From Deltaproteobacteria bacterium (GTDB lineage: Bacteria > Myxococcota_A > Polyangia > Fen-1088), in NCBI GenBank assembly GCA_033763315.1, contig JANRKS010000029.1:59677-123676 (forward strand): 64,000 bases of DNA, in the 5' to 3' direction. Positions 9,439 to 18,835 of this stretch are shown here, in pieces (within the stretch, counting starts at the first letter, position 1; the number at the start of each line of letters is the position of its first letter). The notes under the pieces are model-generated. The model was not told where the DNA came from, did no database searches, and saw nothing but the letters and a program-made list of their open reading frames with translations. Position numbers and translations under genes: made by a program.

Positions 9439-11291
9439 AAGTTTCGGATGCAATTGTGGGCCGCGCTGGTCGCCACGCCTCGCGCACGCAACGCTGGCTG
9501 ATCACAATAGCCTTGGCGTTGGGCACAATCACGTGGCTGCTGTGCACCGAAGGCGCGCAAGGGATCGGGCGCGATGAAGCTCAATACATGCGCGCCGGCG
9601 AACACTACTGGGGTTGGTTTGCCGAACTGGCCGACAACTTTGAAGCGGGGCACACGGGCGCCTCGTTTGCGCCGGCCACCATCGATCGCTATTGGACCGA
9701 CAACGCGCCAGATCACCCCGTGATCATGAAGGTGTTGTTCGGCGTTTCATGGCGTTTGTTTCATGCAGCCGAAGATCCCAATGGCGCAGGCTTGCATCCC
9801 GTGCCGCCTGGTCAACCCAAAGGCACGTTCCCGCTGTTCAAGCGACCGTCAACGGCGTTTCGCTTGCCAGCCATCTTGTTCGCGGGGCTTTTGGCGGCGT
9901 TGGTGTTTTGTTTTGCATGCGAGTTCGTGCCGCTTGTGGCGGCCGTCGGCGCTTCCGTATTGACGATCGCGCAGCCCCACTATTTCTTCCATGCACCGAT
10001 CGCCTGTTTCGACGCGCCCATCACCACGATGGCCGTGGCTGTGGGGTACGCCTACTGGCGTTCGTTGCGAAACCCCGGTTGGGCGCTGGCGGGCGGTGTT
10101 TTGTTTGGCCTCGCGTTGGGCATCAAACACAACGCGTGGCTGATGCCGTTCTTCTTGGTGGCGCACTATCTTTGGATGCGCCGCAAAGACATCCTCCGTT
10201 TGCGCCTGCCGCCCGTGCCTTTGGTGTTCGTGTCGATGTTGGTTCTGGGGCCGCCGCTGTTCTTTGCGCACTGGCCGTGGTTGTGGCCAAGCCCGGCGCA
10301 GCGGGCGCGCACGTACGTTCTGCGCCACCTGCAGCACGAGCACTATAACTTCGAGTATCTCGGCCACAACTGGAACAACCCGCCCACCGATCTTGATCTT
10401 CAACTCCTGCGCTCAACGTTTCCGTTTGTCTCCACGGCGCTGACGATGCCCGTGACCACGATGCTGGTGGCGGGTTTTGGCGCGGCTGTGTTGTTGCGCC
10501 GGCGCAAGCGCCAAACGGAAGGCGCGGGTGACGACATGGCGGGGCAGCGTCTAACGTTGGATCCGGAGGTCATCCCGCAACCGCACGAGGCTTCATGGTT
10601 GCGGCCTGGGCAAGACGTGGATCGCGCGCTGGGTGGCTTTTTTTTCTTTCAGATCTTGGGGCCGATGAGTGTGTTGGCCGTGCCCGCGTCGCCCATTTTT
10701 GGTGGTGTCAAACACTACATGACCGCCTATCCGTATGTGGCGATCGTCGCTGCCATCGGTTTGGTATGGCTTTATGATCGCATGGCTCTCATCGCACGCG
10801 CGCGCGGTTGGCCGCGTCTGGTGCCGCTCGCACCCGCGGGTGTGGTGCTTGTGTGCTGCTTGCCGGCGTTGGCTGAAACGCAGCGATCGCATCCCGATGG
10901 CTTGAGCCATTACAACTGGCTTGCCGGTGGCTTCGCGGGCGGCGCCTCTTTAGGGATGAACCGCCAGTTTTGGGGTTATTCCGTGTTGCCGAAACTGGCG
11001 TGGATGGCAGAGCACCGGCCCGCCAACCGCAACACGTATTGGCACGATGTGCTTGGCGATTCGCTAAACATGTACGTGCGCGACGGCCGCTTGCCCCCCG
11101 GCATGGGCAACACGGGGGTGGGTGAAGAGGCCATCATGCGATCAGATCTGGGCATCATCGTTCACGAGCGACACATGAATCTATACGAAGGCGTGTTCTG
11201 GGAAAGTTATGGCACGGCCACGCCCGTGTTTGTGCGCACGCGTGAGGGCGTGCCATTGGTCACCGGCTACCGCCGCCCCGGAGCGCCATGA
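9435..11291 (+). CDS. GT-C fold glycosyltransferase (ArnT/PMT_2, GT39/GT83-like)
   Basis: Acidic DE motif after TM1 (GIGRDEAQY), DHP..MK, FRLPA, FDAP, GLALGIKHN; many TM helices. Confidence 0.85.
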   Translation: MKVSDAIVGRAGRHASRTQRWLITIALALGTITWLLCTEGAQGIGRDEAQYMRAGEHYWGWFAELADNFEAGHTGASFAPATIDRYWTDNAPDHPVIMKVLFGVSWRLFHAAEDPNGAGLHPVPPGQPKGTFPLFKRPSTAFRLPAILFAGLLAALVFCFACEFVPLVAAVGASVLTIAQPHYFFHAPIACFDAPITTMAVAVGYAYWRSLRNPGWALAGGVLFGLALGIKHNAWLMPFFLVAHYLWMRRKDILRLRLPPVPLVFVSMLVLGPPLFFAHWPWLWPSPAQRARTYVLRHLQHEHYNFEYLGHNWNNPPTDLDLQLLRSTFPFVSTALTMPVTTMLVAGFGAAVLLRRRKRQTEGAGDDMAGQRLTLDPEVIPQPHEASWLRPGQDVDRALGGFFFFQILGPMSVLAVPASPIFGGVKHYMTAYPYVAIVAAIGLVWLYDRMALIARARGWPRLVPLAPAGVVLVCCLPALAETQRSHPDGLSHYNWLAGGFAGGASLGMNRQFWGYSVLPKLAWMAEHRPANRNTYWHDVLGDSLNMYVRDGRLPPGMGNTGVGEEAIMRSDLGIIVHERHMNLYEGVFWESYGTATPVFVRTREGVPLVTGYRRPGAP

Positions 11292-12748
11292 CTTCGACGA
11301 GCCCGAACGACACGATGACCGCCGCCGATGAACCGCTTCAAGTGGCGGCAGCGGCTGCCTCTTCGTCACGTTGGCTGCGTGGCTGGCGGGCCTTCGTGAT
11401 GTTGTACGTGCTGTTCACCGCCTGTTATCTCGCGGCTTCGGGCACGCGGCTGCGGCACGCGTCGCCTTACAACCACTTCGCGTACCTCGCACATAGCTGG
11501 TTGCATGGCCATCTTGAGCTTGTGGTGAGCCCTCCCAATGAAAACGATTGGGCGAAGGTGGATGTGATCACCTTGCGCGATGGCCGCGTTATGAAAGGCA
11601 TGTTCACAGGGGGTGGCAACCCAGATCGGTTCGTGCCTCTGCACGGCAAGCCGATGACGATCATGCCCGACGAGATCGCGGGCCGCAGCTACATTCGTTA
11701 TGTCTCGTTTCCGCCCTTTCCGGCACTGCTGATGCTGCCCGTTGTGGCGGTGGCCGGCGTGGCCGCCAATGACGTCGTGTTCACAGCGTTGTGGGCGGGG
11801 CTCAATCCAGCGCTGTTGTATCTTTTGCTGGGCACTTTGCGCCGGCGCAATTATTCAGAGCGAACGCCGTTGCAGGATCTGTGGCTCACAGTTGCGATGG
11901 GCTTGGGCTCTGTATATTTCTTTTCGTCGGTCATAGGGCAGGTCTGGTACACAGCGCACGTTCTGGCCACCACTTTAGTGATTGGCTATGCGTGGGCCAG
12001 CCTCGACGCGCGGCGGCCGTATCTGGCAGGTTTGTGCTTGGGCTTGGGCTTCGCCACCCGCACGCCGCTTGGTTTTGCGTTCGTGTTCTTTGTTTGGGAA
12101 GCGGTCCGCGCGCATGGCGGCTGGGCGCATTTGTGGCGCACCAAAAAGATCCCATTATCGCTCGTGAAGGTGTGCGCCAAGGCCGCATTGCCCGCCTTGT
12201 TGATCGTGGCGTTGCTTTTGCTGCATAACTATTTGCGCTTCGAGAAACTTTCTGAGTTCGGCCACAAGTTCTTAAACATCACGTGGCAAGGCCGCATTCA
12301 GCGTTGGGGCCTTTTCAACTATCACTTCATGTCGCGGAACTTGGCCACGGCGTTGGTGTTGATGCCGCGTATCTTGGCGAAAGCCCCGTTTGTTCAAGTC
12401 AGCCAGCACGGCATGTCGCTGCTGATCACGTCGCCCTTCTTGTGGCTGCTGTTGCGCCCGCGTCGCGGTTCGCCGCTGGCGCCCGGTTTGTGGCTCACAG
12501 TGCTTGCGGTGGCCTTGCCTTCACTGCTTTATCAAAACTCGGGTTTCGTGCAGTTTGGGTATCGCTTCAGTTTGGACTACATGGTGCTTCTCATCATGCT
12601 TTTGGCTGTCGGCAACGCGCGCTTGCAAACGTGGTGGAAAGCGATGGTGGTGTTTGCTGTGGGCGTTAATTTGTTCGGCGCCCTTACATTTGACCGCGCG
12701 CCCGAATTTACATACAGCGATACCTATTTTCCGCACGGCGATAACTAA
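11288..12748 (+). CDS. Second GT-C-like polytopic membrane protein
   Basis: HFAYLAHSWLHG, YVSFPPFPALLMLP, GQVWYTAH, QFGYRFSLDY; about 10 TM segments; ATGA overlap. Confidence 0.75.
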   Translation: MTSTSPNDTMTAADEPLQVAAAAASSSRWLRGWRAFVMLYVLFTACYLAASGTRLRHASPYNHFAYLAHSWLHGHLELVVSPPNENDWAKVDVITLRDGRVMKGMFTGGGNPDRFVPLHGKPMTIMPDEIAGRSYIRYVSFPPFPALLMLPVVAVAGVAANDVVFTALWAGLNPALLYLLLGTLRRRNYSERTPLQDLWLTVAMGLGSVYFFSSVIGQVWYTAHVLATTLVIGYAWASLDARRPYLAGLCLGLGFATRTPLGFAFVFFVWEAVRAHGGWAHLWRTKKIPLSLVKVCAKAALPALLIVALLLLHNYLRFEKLSEFGHKFLNITWQGRIQRWGLFNYHFMSRNLATALVLMPRILAKAPFVQVSQHGMSLLITSPFLWLLLRPRRGSPLAPGLWLTVLAVALPSLLYQNSGFVQFGYRFSLDYMVLLIMLLAVGNARLQTWWKAMVVFAVGVNLFGALTFDRAPEFTYSDTYFPHGDN

Positions 12749-12888
12749 CCGCCTGCAATGGTTGGCTTTTGCTGTGGCGACGCAGGCGGTCGCCCTGCGC
12801 GAGCTGCTTTTGCGTTGCTCACTTATGGTGGGCAGCACGTTTAAAGCTCAGTAACCTTCCCACGGTCCACGGCCAAAGCGGCGGATTC

Positions 12889-14451
12889 ATGCGCGCACCA
12901 ACCTTCGCAACCTTGCTTTGTACGGCGGCCTTGTCGGCTTGTACAGGGTTGGTGACCGACCCGCCCGGGCAAGAAGGGCAGGGGCTGTCCGCGCGGCAAA
13001 ACGATGGCGGTGCGGCAGCACTTGCGCCAGACGCCTCTTCCCCAGGGCTGCGCTTTCGCGCTGATCAAGCGGCCACGGAAGGCGCGCCCACGCCCGCGTG
13101 TGACTTAGCAATCACGGAAGTGGCCGCGTTTCAGTCGGTGAAGTCCAGCCTGTGGTTGGGCGGTCAGATTGTTGAAGGGGGGCCGGCCCTTGTGGCTGGT
13201 CGCGCCACTTTGTTTCGCGTGTTCGTTGCGCCTGGGCCATTTTGGCCCAACCGGTTATCGAAAGCGCGCTTGATTCTCACCGAGCCGGGCGGTTCGATTC
13301 GTATTTACGAAACGGAAAAACTGATGGCCGGCGCTTCCGACGATGCGGATGGCGCGAGCACGTTCAATTTTTCCATCGAAGGCAGCGCCATCACGGATCA
13401 AACGAACTACCAGGTTCAACTTGACCTTGGCGTTGATTGTCGTCGCTTTGAAAAATCGCGCACGGTGCCGCGGCAAGGCCCCCTACCTCTGGGAACTGTG
13501 AACGTGCCTGTGTTGCAGATGGTGCTTGTGCCTATGCGATATGGTGCTGACGGTAGCGGCCGTTTGCCGGACACTTCCCAACAACAGCTGGATCGCATCA
13601 AAGCGGCCATACTTGCCATGTTGCCGCTGCGTGATGTGCAAATATCGGTGCGTGCCCCCATCGACACAAACGCCACGCTGGATGCGCAGAGCTTTCCTAT
13701 GTTTTTAGACACGATCCGGGCCCTGCGCGCCACGGACAACGCAGCCAAGAACGTGCATTACCTGGGATTGGTGGCGCCAGCAGAGTCGCTTGCCAGCTAT
13801 TGCCAGGGCAGCTGCACAGCCGGGTTGGCGTTTGGCAATATGACTGACGATCCCAATCTGCGTGCCGGTGTTGCCGTGGGGTTCACGGGTGAGGAATCGA
13901 TCCGCACGTTGATCCACGAGCTTGGCCACACCCTTGGTCTTAAACACGCGCCCTGCAACACCAGCGATGCGGTGGACCCGCTGTTTCCATACGAGAATGG
14001 TTTGATCGGGGTGTGGGGTTATGACGAACGCCAGCGCAGGCTGCGCGATCCGGGGGTCGTTGGCGATTTTATGGGCTATTGCCCCGATCACTGGATCAGC
14101 GACTACTCATACAGCAAGGTTTCCAGCCGGCTGCGTTCCTTCGCGAGCGAGGGTGGCCAAGCCCTTTCGGTGGTTGCTGTGTCACGCGAGCCTATGACCA
14201 GTGTGTGGGTGCCGCTGCACGGGCCGCCCTCGATGGGCTCTCGGCACAGGGTGGGTTTGCCGTTGCCAGGTGAGACCGTGACGGCCGTGTGGAGCCCAAG
14301 CACGGGCGGCTCGCAAGCGGTGGATGTGCAGTCTTTGCCGGTGCAAGACGCGGATGGGCGCATGTGGTTGCTCCCTGACTGGTTGTTGTCCACGCCGGGC
14401 CGGCTGTTCTTGCCTGCCACGCCGGGCGCTTTGCCGTTGCCGCTGGATTGA
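12889..14451 (+). CDS. Zinc metallopeptidase lipoprotein (metzincin, M66-like)
   Basis: Lipobox LSAC; HELGHTLGLKH (HExxHxxGxxH); Met-turn DFMGY; N-terminal LVAGRATLFRVFV. Confidence 0.88.
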   Translation: MRAPTFATLLCTAALSACTGLVTDPPGQEGQGLSARQNDGGAAALAPDASSPGLRFRADQAATEGAPTPACDLAITEVAAFQSVKSSLWLGGQIVEGGPALVAGRATLFRVFVAPGPFWPNRLSKARLILTEPGGSIRIYETEKLMAGASDDADGASTFNFSIEGSAITDQTNYQVQLDLGVDCRRFEKSRTVPRQGPLPLGTVNVPVLQMVLVPMRYGADGSGRLPDTSQQQLDRIKAAILAMLPLRDVQISVRAPIDTNATLDAQSFPMFLDTIRALRATDNAAKNVHYLGLVAPAESLASYCQGSCTAGLAFGNMTDDPNLRAGVAVGFTGEESIRTLIHELGHTLGLKHAPCNTSDAVDPLFPYENGLIGVWGYDERQRRLRDPGVVGDFMGYCPDHWISDYSYSKVSSRLRSFASEGGQALSVVAVSREPMTSVWVPLHGPPSMGSRHRVGLPLPGETVTAVWSPSTGGSQAVDVQSLPVQDADGRMWLLPDWLLSTPGRLFLPATPGALPLPLD

Positions 14452-14654
14452 CTTTCGCGTCCGCAAGCGACATAGGGCGATAGACCAAACCGGGTGTGGC
14501 ACAAAATTCTTGGGGAAGATTTTGCCGCTAACTCGGCCGTGGATACTGAGTGTGCTTATGCACGTGTATGTGAGAACCGCTTAGACTGGCCAGGCGCGCA
14601 GTGTGGCAGATTGATGCCGGCCTGGGGTATCATGCAGCGGCACCCGTGCCCACG

Positions 14655-16388
14655 ATGGCTTATGACCCCGATGCCCCGAATCCCCCGTCGACCGACGAAC
14701 GCCTTTCTGCGTCCCACGAGCGAACGGCTGCGATGATCGGTCGCACCATCGCGGGCAATTTCCGAATCAACAGCCTCATTGGGGCGGGCGCGATGGGCGA
14801 CGTTTATCGTGCGACCCAATTGTCGCTGCAAAAAGACGTCGCCATCAAACTGCTCAGACGCGAGTTGATGATCGACGAGACGCTACGCAAGCGATTCGAG
14901 CTCGAAGCAAAAAACGCTTCGTCGTTAAATCACCCGAATTGCATTCAGATCATCGACTTTGGTCGCGACGGCGATTTGTTGTTCATCGCCATGGAGTTTT
15001 TGGCAGGCGTCGATCTGAGCCAACTGCTTGAACGAGATTGGCCCGTGTCGCTTGAGCGCACTGTGCACATCTTCGATCAAGTGCTCGCTGCTCTTGAAGA
15101 GGCGCATGAACACGGCATTGTTCACCGCGATCTTAAACCGGCGAACGTTATGTTGGTCACGCGGCGTGGTGATCCGGATTTCGTGAAGGTGTGCGACTTC
15201 GGCATCGCCAAAGCCGATGGCGCGCAGTCATCTTGGGCCGAGGGCCTTACGATGAAGGGCTTCATTTGCGGCACGCCCGAATACATGAGCCCCGAGCAGG
15301 CGCGCGGTGATCGGCTTGATGGCCGTTCGGATTTGTACGCCGCAGGCGTGTTGCTTTATCAAATGCTCACGCGCGAGGTGCCGTTTAAGTCAACGTCGCC
15401 CGTGGCTTTGCTCAGCATGCATTTGAGCGAGATGCCCCAGCCGCCCACGCTACGTCACGTGGGTTTAGACATCCCGGCCAAGCTTGAGCAGCTGGTGCTG
15501 CAGGCGATGGAAAAAGATCCGAACAAACGCCCGCAAACGGCGGCCGCGTTCCGCGAGGCTTTGCGCGATTCAGTTTCGGAATTCTTGGCCTATGTGCCTG
15601 CGTTGGGTACGGGGCCACGTTCCTCGGGCGCGAAGATCAGCCACATGATGGCACCTTCTTCATCGTCGCTGACGGGTGCTGTCTCGCCGGTGACGCCTGC
15701 CTTTCCAAGCACGGTCGATCGGTTGTCCGCATCCAAGCGGGCGCCGAAGTGGACTTTGTTGTTGGGTGCGGCTGGCCTGCTGGCTGCGGGTGCCGCCATC
15801 TTGGTACCGGCGATGCGCACCGGCAACGTGGCTGCGCCGCCTGCGGCCCCGCCCGTCGCTCCGGTCGCGGTTGTGCCGGCAGCGGCGCCTGCCCCTTTGC
15901 CTCCGCCTTTGCCGACTCCGGCGGCTGAGGCCAAACCGCCGCAAGCGGAAGCCGTGCCACCCGCCGTGACGGCTCTTTCACCTGTCGAACGGCAGCAATT
16001 GCACCGTGCACGCCCTAAGCTGACCCACACCTCCTCGGTGGGCAAGGGTCCCGCAGCGAAAGTGGCAGCGCCCGTGCCCGCCCCCGTGGCCAACGTTCAG
16101 GCCCCAGCGCCGGTGCCCGCACCTGTCGTGGTGGCCGCAGCCCCCGCGGCCGAGCCGCCGCTTAAAGAAGCACAAAAGCTTATGGGCAAGGGCCAATACG
16201 CCGAAGCATGTGCACGCGGTGAAGACGCCCGTAAACAAGAGCCGAAATCCCCTGAGGTCTATCGATTTTTGGGCAAGTGCTATATGCGCGCGGGCGATCC
16301 TGCGCGAGCGAATGAGAATTACCGGAAATATCTTGAGCTGGCTCCGTCTGCACCTGATGCCGCCTTCATCAAGAGCATCGTTAAGTAA
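14655..16388 (+). CDS. Hanks-type Ser/Thr protein kinase with TM, Pro-rich stalk and C-terminal TPR
   Basis: GAGAMGDVY, VAIK, HRDLKPAN, DFGIAK, GTPEYMSPEQ; TPR-like YRFLGKCY...ANENYRKYLELAP. Confidence 0.95.
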   Translation: MAYDPDAPNPPSTDERLSASHERTAAMIGRTIAGNFRINSLIGAGAMGDVYRATQLSLQKDVAIKLLRRELMIDETLRKRFELEAKNASSLNHPNCIQIIDFGRDGDLLFIAMEFLAGVDLSQLLERDWPVSLERTVHIFDQVLAALEEAHEHGIVHRDLKPANVMLVTRRGDPDFVKVCDFGIAKADGAQSSWAEGLTMKGFICGTPEYMSPEQARGDRLDGRSDLYAAGVLLYQMLTREVPFKSTSPVALLSMHLSEMPQPPTLRHVGLDIPAKLEQLVLQAMEKDPNKRPQTAAAFREALRDSVSEFLAYVPALGTGPRSSGAKISHMMAPSSSSLTGAVSPVTPAFPSTVDRLSASKRAPKWTLLLGAAGLLAAGAAILVPAMRTGNVAAPPAAPPVAPVAVVPAAAPAPLPPPLPTPAAEAKPPQAEAVPPAVTALSPVERQQLHRARPKLTHTSSVGKGPAAKVAAPVPAPVANVQAPAPVPAPVVVAAAPAAEPPLKEAQKLMGKGQYAEACARGEDARKQEPKSPEVYRFLGKCYMRAGDPARANENYRKYLELAPSAPDAAFIKSIVK

Positions 16389-16400
16389 AGGCACCACATT

Positions 16401-17780
16401 ATGAGACGCCCCATCCACCGTTTTTCTGCGGCGGCGTTGTTTGGCTTCTGTTTTGCCCTCAGCGCGTCCTGCCAGGTTGACGAAGAGAAGTTTCAGCAGC
16501 GCATTTATTCGTGCAACCCCAGCGCCAAAGATCCCGCGTGTGGCACTGACGTCGAAGGTCAGCCCATGGTGTGCGTGGGCGCGCAACAGTTGGGCGGGCC
16601 GAATTTTTGCTCCATCTCTTGCGATCGAGCGGTGGTGCCCGTCGATGGCAACGCCTCTATCGCGTGCATTCCGGCGGGGCCTGTTTCTGCCCAACGGTTG
16701 TCGGGCGCGGCTCTCAAGAAGTGCAACCCCGCTGTGCCGGACTCTTGCGGCAACCCACAGCTTTCATGCCTGCGCACGGATCTGTTGAAGGACGAAGGCG
16801 TGTGCATGACGATCAGCACATGCCAGGCCAACAGCGACTGCCGCGATCCCGTGCGCAACGTTTGTATGGGTGAGCTTCTCAAAAGCACATACCCTGCGTC
16901 CCCTTTGGTTTCGGATCACACTTACTGTTTGCAAACGGGTTGCCGCGGCGATGGCACGGCCTGTTCGCCTGGTGAAGTGTGCCTAAGGAACGTGTTTCCG
17001 AAAGAATCGAAGCCTTCCGACATTTGCGTTCCGCAATGTGATTCCAACAACAACTGCCCGCCCAACTATTTTTGTTACCGCCGTCTTTATAGTTCATCGG
17101 TGCCGAACGTCTGCGTGCCGGGGCTAATGGGCCTGCGCTGCGAAACCAACATGGATTGCTTGTTTGGCAGCTGCGTCGAAACGGGCGCGGGCTTTCGGAT
17201 GTGCTCGGTGTCGTGCCAAGATGACAACGACTGCGCGAAATTCGACGGCGATCAAGGCACGTTTTTCTGCAACCCCCAGAAGGTGTGCGCGGGGCCGCGG
17301 GCGTTTCGCGGTGCTTTTTGCGACAAGGACACAGACTGTCATCCGAACGAGGTGTGTTCACGCTTTACTCAGCTGGCCAGCGGTCAAGGCTTATGTTTGT
17401 TTCCGTGCGAAGGCTTCACGTGCCCCTCTTACGGCGGCGTCAATCACATGTGCTTGCCGCAACTTAAGCCCTACGCCGATCAAGGGGCGCCCAACGTATG
17501 TTTCCCTGGTGAGCTGGGCATTCCGTGCGTTGACGACATCAACTGCGTGGGCGGCCTACGTTGCATGCGGGGACCGAACGCGACTGTCGGTGCCTGCTCC
17601 ACTTTGTGCAAAGACGATTCTGATTGCCTAAAGCAACGCTTTGCCAAGGATGGCTTCTGCGATGTGACCGCAAACATCTGTCGGCCGGCCTTAAAAGCGC
17701 CGGCGGCGTGCGTGACCAACCAGCAATGTGAATCCAAAGACTGCCTTAACGGCAAGTGTGCAGAGGTTCCTGGGTACTAA
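16401..17780 (+). CDS. Very cysteine-rich lipoprotein
   Basis: Lipobox SASC; repeated CxxDxDC / CxxNxDC disulfide modules along the whole length. Confidence 0.85.
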   Translation: MRRPIHRFSAAALFGFCFALSASCQVDEEKFQQRIYSCNPSAKDPACGTDVEGQPMVCVGAQQLGGPNFCSISCDRAVVPVDGNASIACIPAGPVSAQRLSGAALKKCNPAVPDSCGNPQLSCLRTDLLKDEGVCMTISTCQANSDCRDPVRNVCMGELLKSTYPASPLVSDHTYCLQTGCRGDGTACSPGEVCLRNVFPKESKPSDICVPQCDSNNNCPPNYFCYRRLYSSSVPNVCVPGLMGLRCETNMDCLFGSCVETGAGFRMCSVSCQDDNDCAKFDGDQGTFFCNPQKVCAGPRAFRGAFCDKDTDCHPNEVCSRFTQLASGQGLCLFPCEGFTCPSYGGVNHMCLPQLKPYADQGAPNVCFPGELGIPCVDDINCVGGLRCMRGPNATVGACSTLCKDDSDCLKQRFAKDGFCDVTANICRPALKAPAACVTNQQCESKDCLNGKCAEVPGY

Positions 17781-17791
17781 GGGGGGGTATT

Positions 17792-18763
17792 ATGCGCAAG
17801 ATTTTATTTTCCGTGTGCATCGTAGCCTGCCTTCTTTGTGGCGTCGGTGCTGCCCGAGCAAACGAAAAATTGGCCGTGCTTGTGTTGGGAACGTCCGAGG
17901 CCAATGCAGATCTGGCCGAAAACGTCACCGAAGTTGTGATCGCGTACATTGCGCGCCAGGGCTCGTTTGAGCTGGCCGGCAAAGAAGAGTTTCAATCGCG
18001 TTTGGGGGTGGATTCTGAGCTGCGTGGGCAGGCGTGCCTTGAAAGCCTTTCGTGCCTTTCGCGCGCCGCCGTGTCGTTGGGCGTGCGGCGCATCGTCTCG
18101 GGCAGCGTGGGCACACGTGGCAAACAATTCTTGTTCAGTTTGGCGCTGAACAACGTTGAATCAGGGCAAGTTGAAAACCGTGTGTTTCGTTTGATCGAAG
18201 GCGATGTCGGCTTGCTGATCAAGGCCGTGGAGCAGGGCATTTCCGAACTGTTCAAACCGCGCGTCGAACCTGGACGCGTGGAAGTCAAAAGCGTGCCCGC
18301 GGGCGCGCGCGTGTCGATCGATAACGCTTACCTCGGCGTCACACCACTCATCTCGGGGACCCTGCTGCCGGGCGCTCACAAAGTGCGCGTGGAAGCGGAC
18401 AACCGGTTTTCGTGGGTTTCCAAAGTGGAAGTGATGCCGGGCCAAGATCTTGGCATCAACTTGACGGAGAACAATCTGCCGTTGCGCAGCCGCCGTCCCG
18501 GCCGCGTGGCCTACACCACTGGTGTGATGGGCGTTGCGGCGTTGGCCGCGGGCGGCTTCTTTGGTGTGTTGTCACAAACGAACACTTCAGGCAACACACG
18601 GGCGGATGCCCAATCCGACTTCAACGAACGCAAGGATTTTGCCACCTACGCCAACGTATCGCTTATCTCGGGCGGGGCGTTGGCTTTGATATCGCTGGCC
18701 ACGTTCGTGCTCTACCGCGACGACATCTTCGGACGCGACGAAGAAGACGTTGATTTGAAGTGA
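17792..18763 (+). CDS. PEGA domain protein
   Basis: Signal peptide; EVKSVPAGARVSIDNAYLGVTPL...LLPGAHKVRVE; C-terminal hydrophobic hairpin typical of myxobacterial PEGA proteins. Confidence 0.88.
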   Translation: MRKILFSVCIVACLLCGVGAARANEKLAVLVLGTSEANADLAENVTEVVIAYIARQGSFELAGKEEFQSRLGVDSELRGQACLESLSCLSRAAVSLGVRRIVSGSVGTRGKQFLFSLALNNVESGQVENRVFRLIEGDVGLLIKAVEQGISELFKPRVEPGRVEVKSVPAGARVSIDNAYLGVTPLISGTLLPGAHKVRVEADNRFSWVSKVEVMPGQDLGINLTENNLPLRSRRPGRVAYTTGVMGVAALAAGGFFGVLSQTNTSGNTRADAQSDFNERKDFATYANVSLISGGALALISLATFVLYRDDIFGRDEEDVDLK

Positions 18764-18835
18764 GTTGCATAACATCGCCAGTGATGAACCCAGCGGCGAA
18801 GTGAGAGCCGTCGCCTGGTAAGTTGAGAATGACAG

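Noticed and set aside
14497-14515. TGGCAC as a possible sigma54 promoter for the kinase
   Set aside because: No GC at the -12 position.
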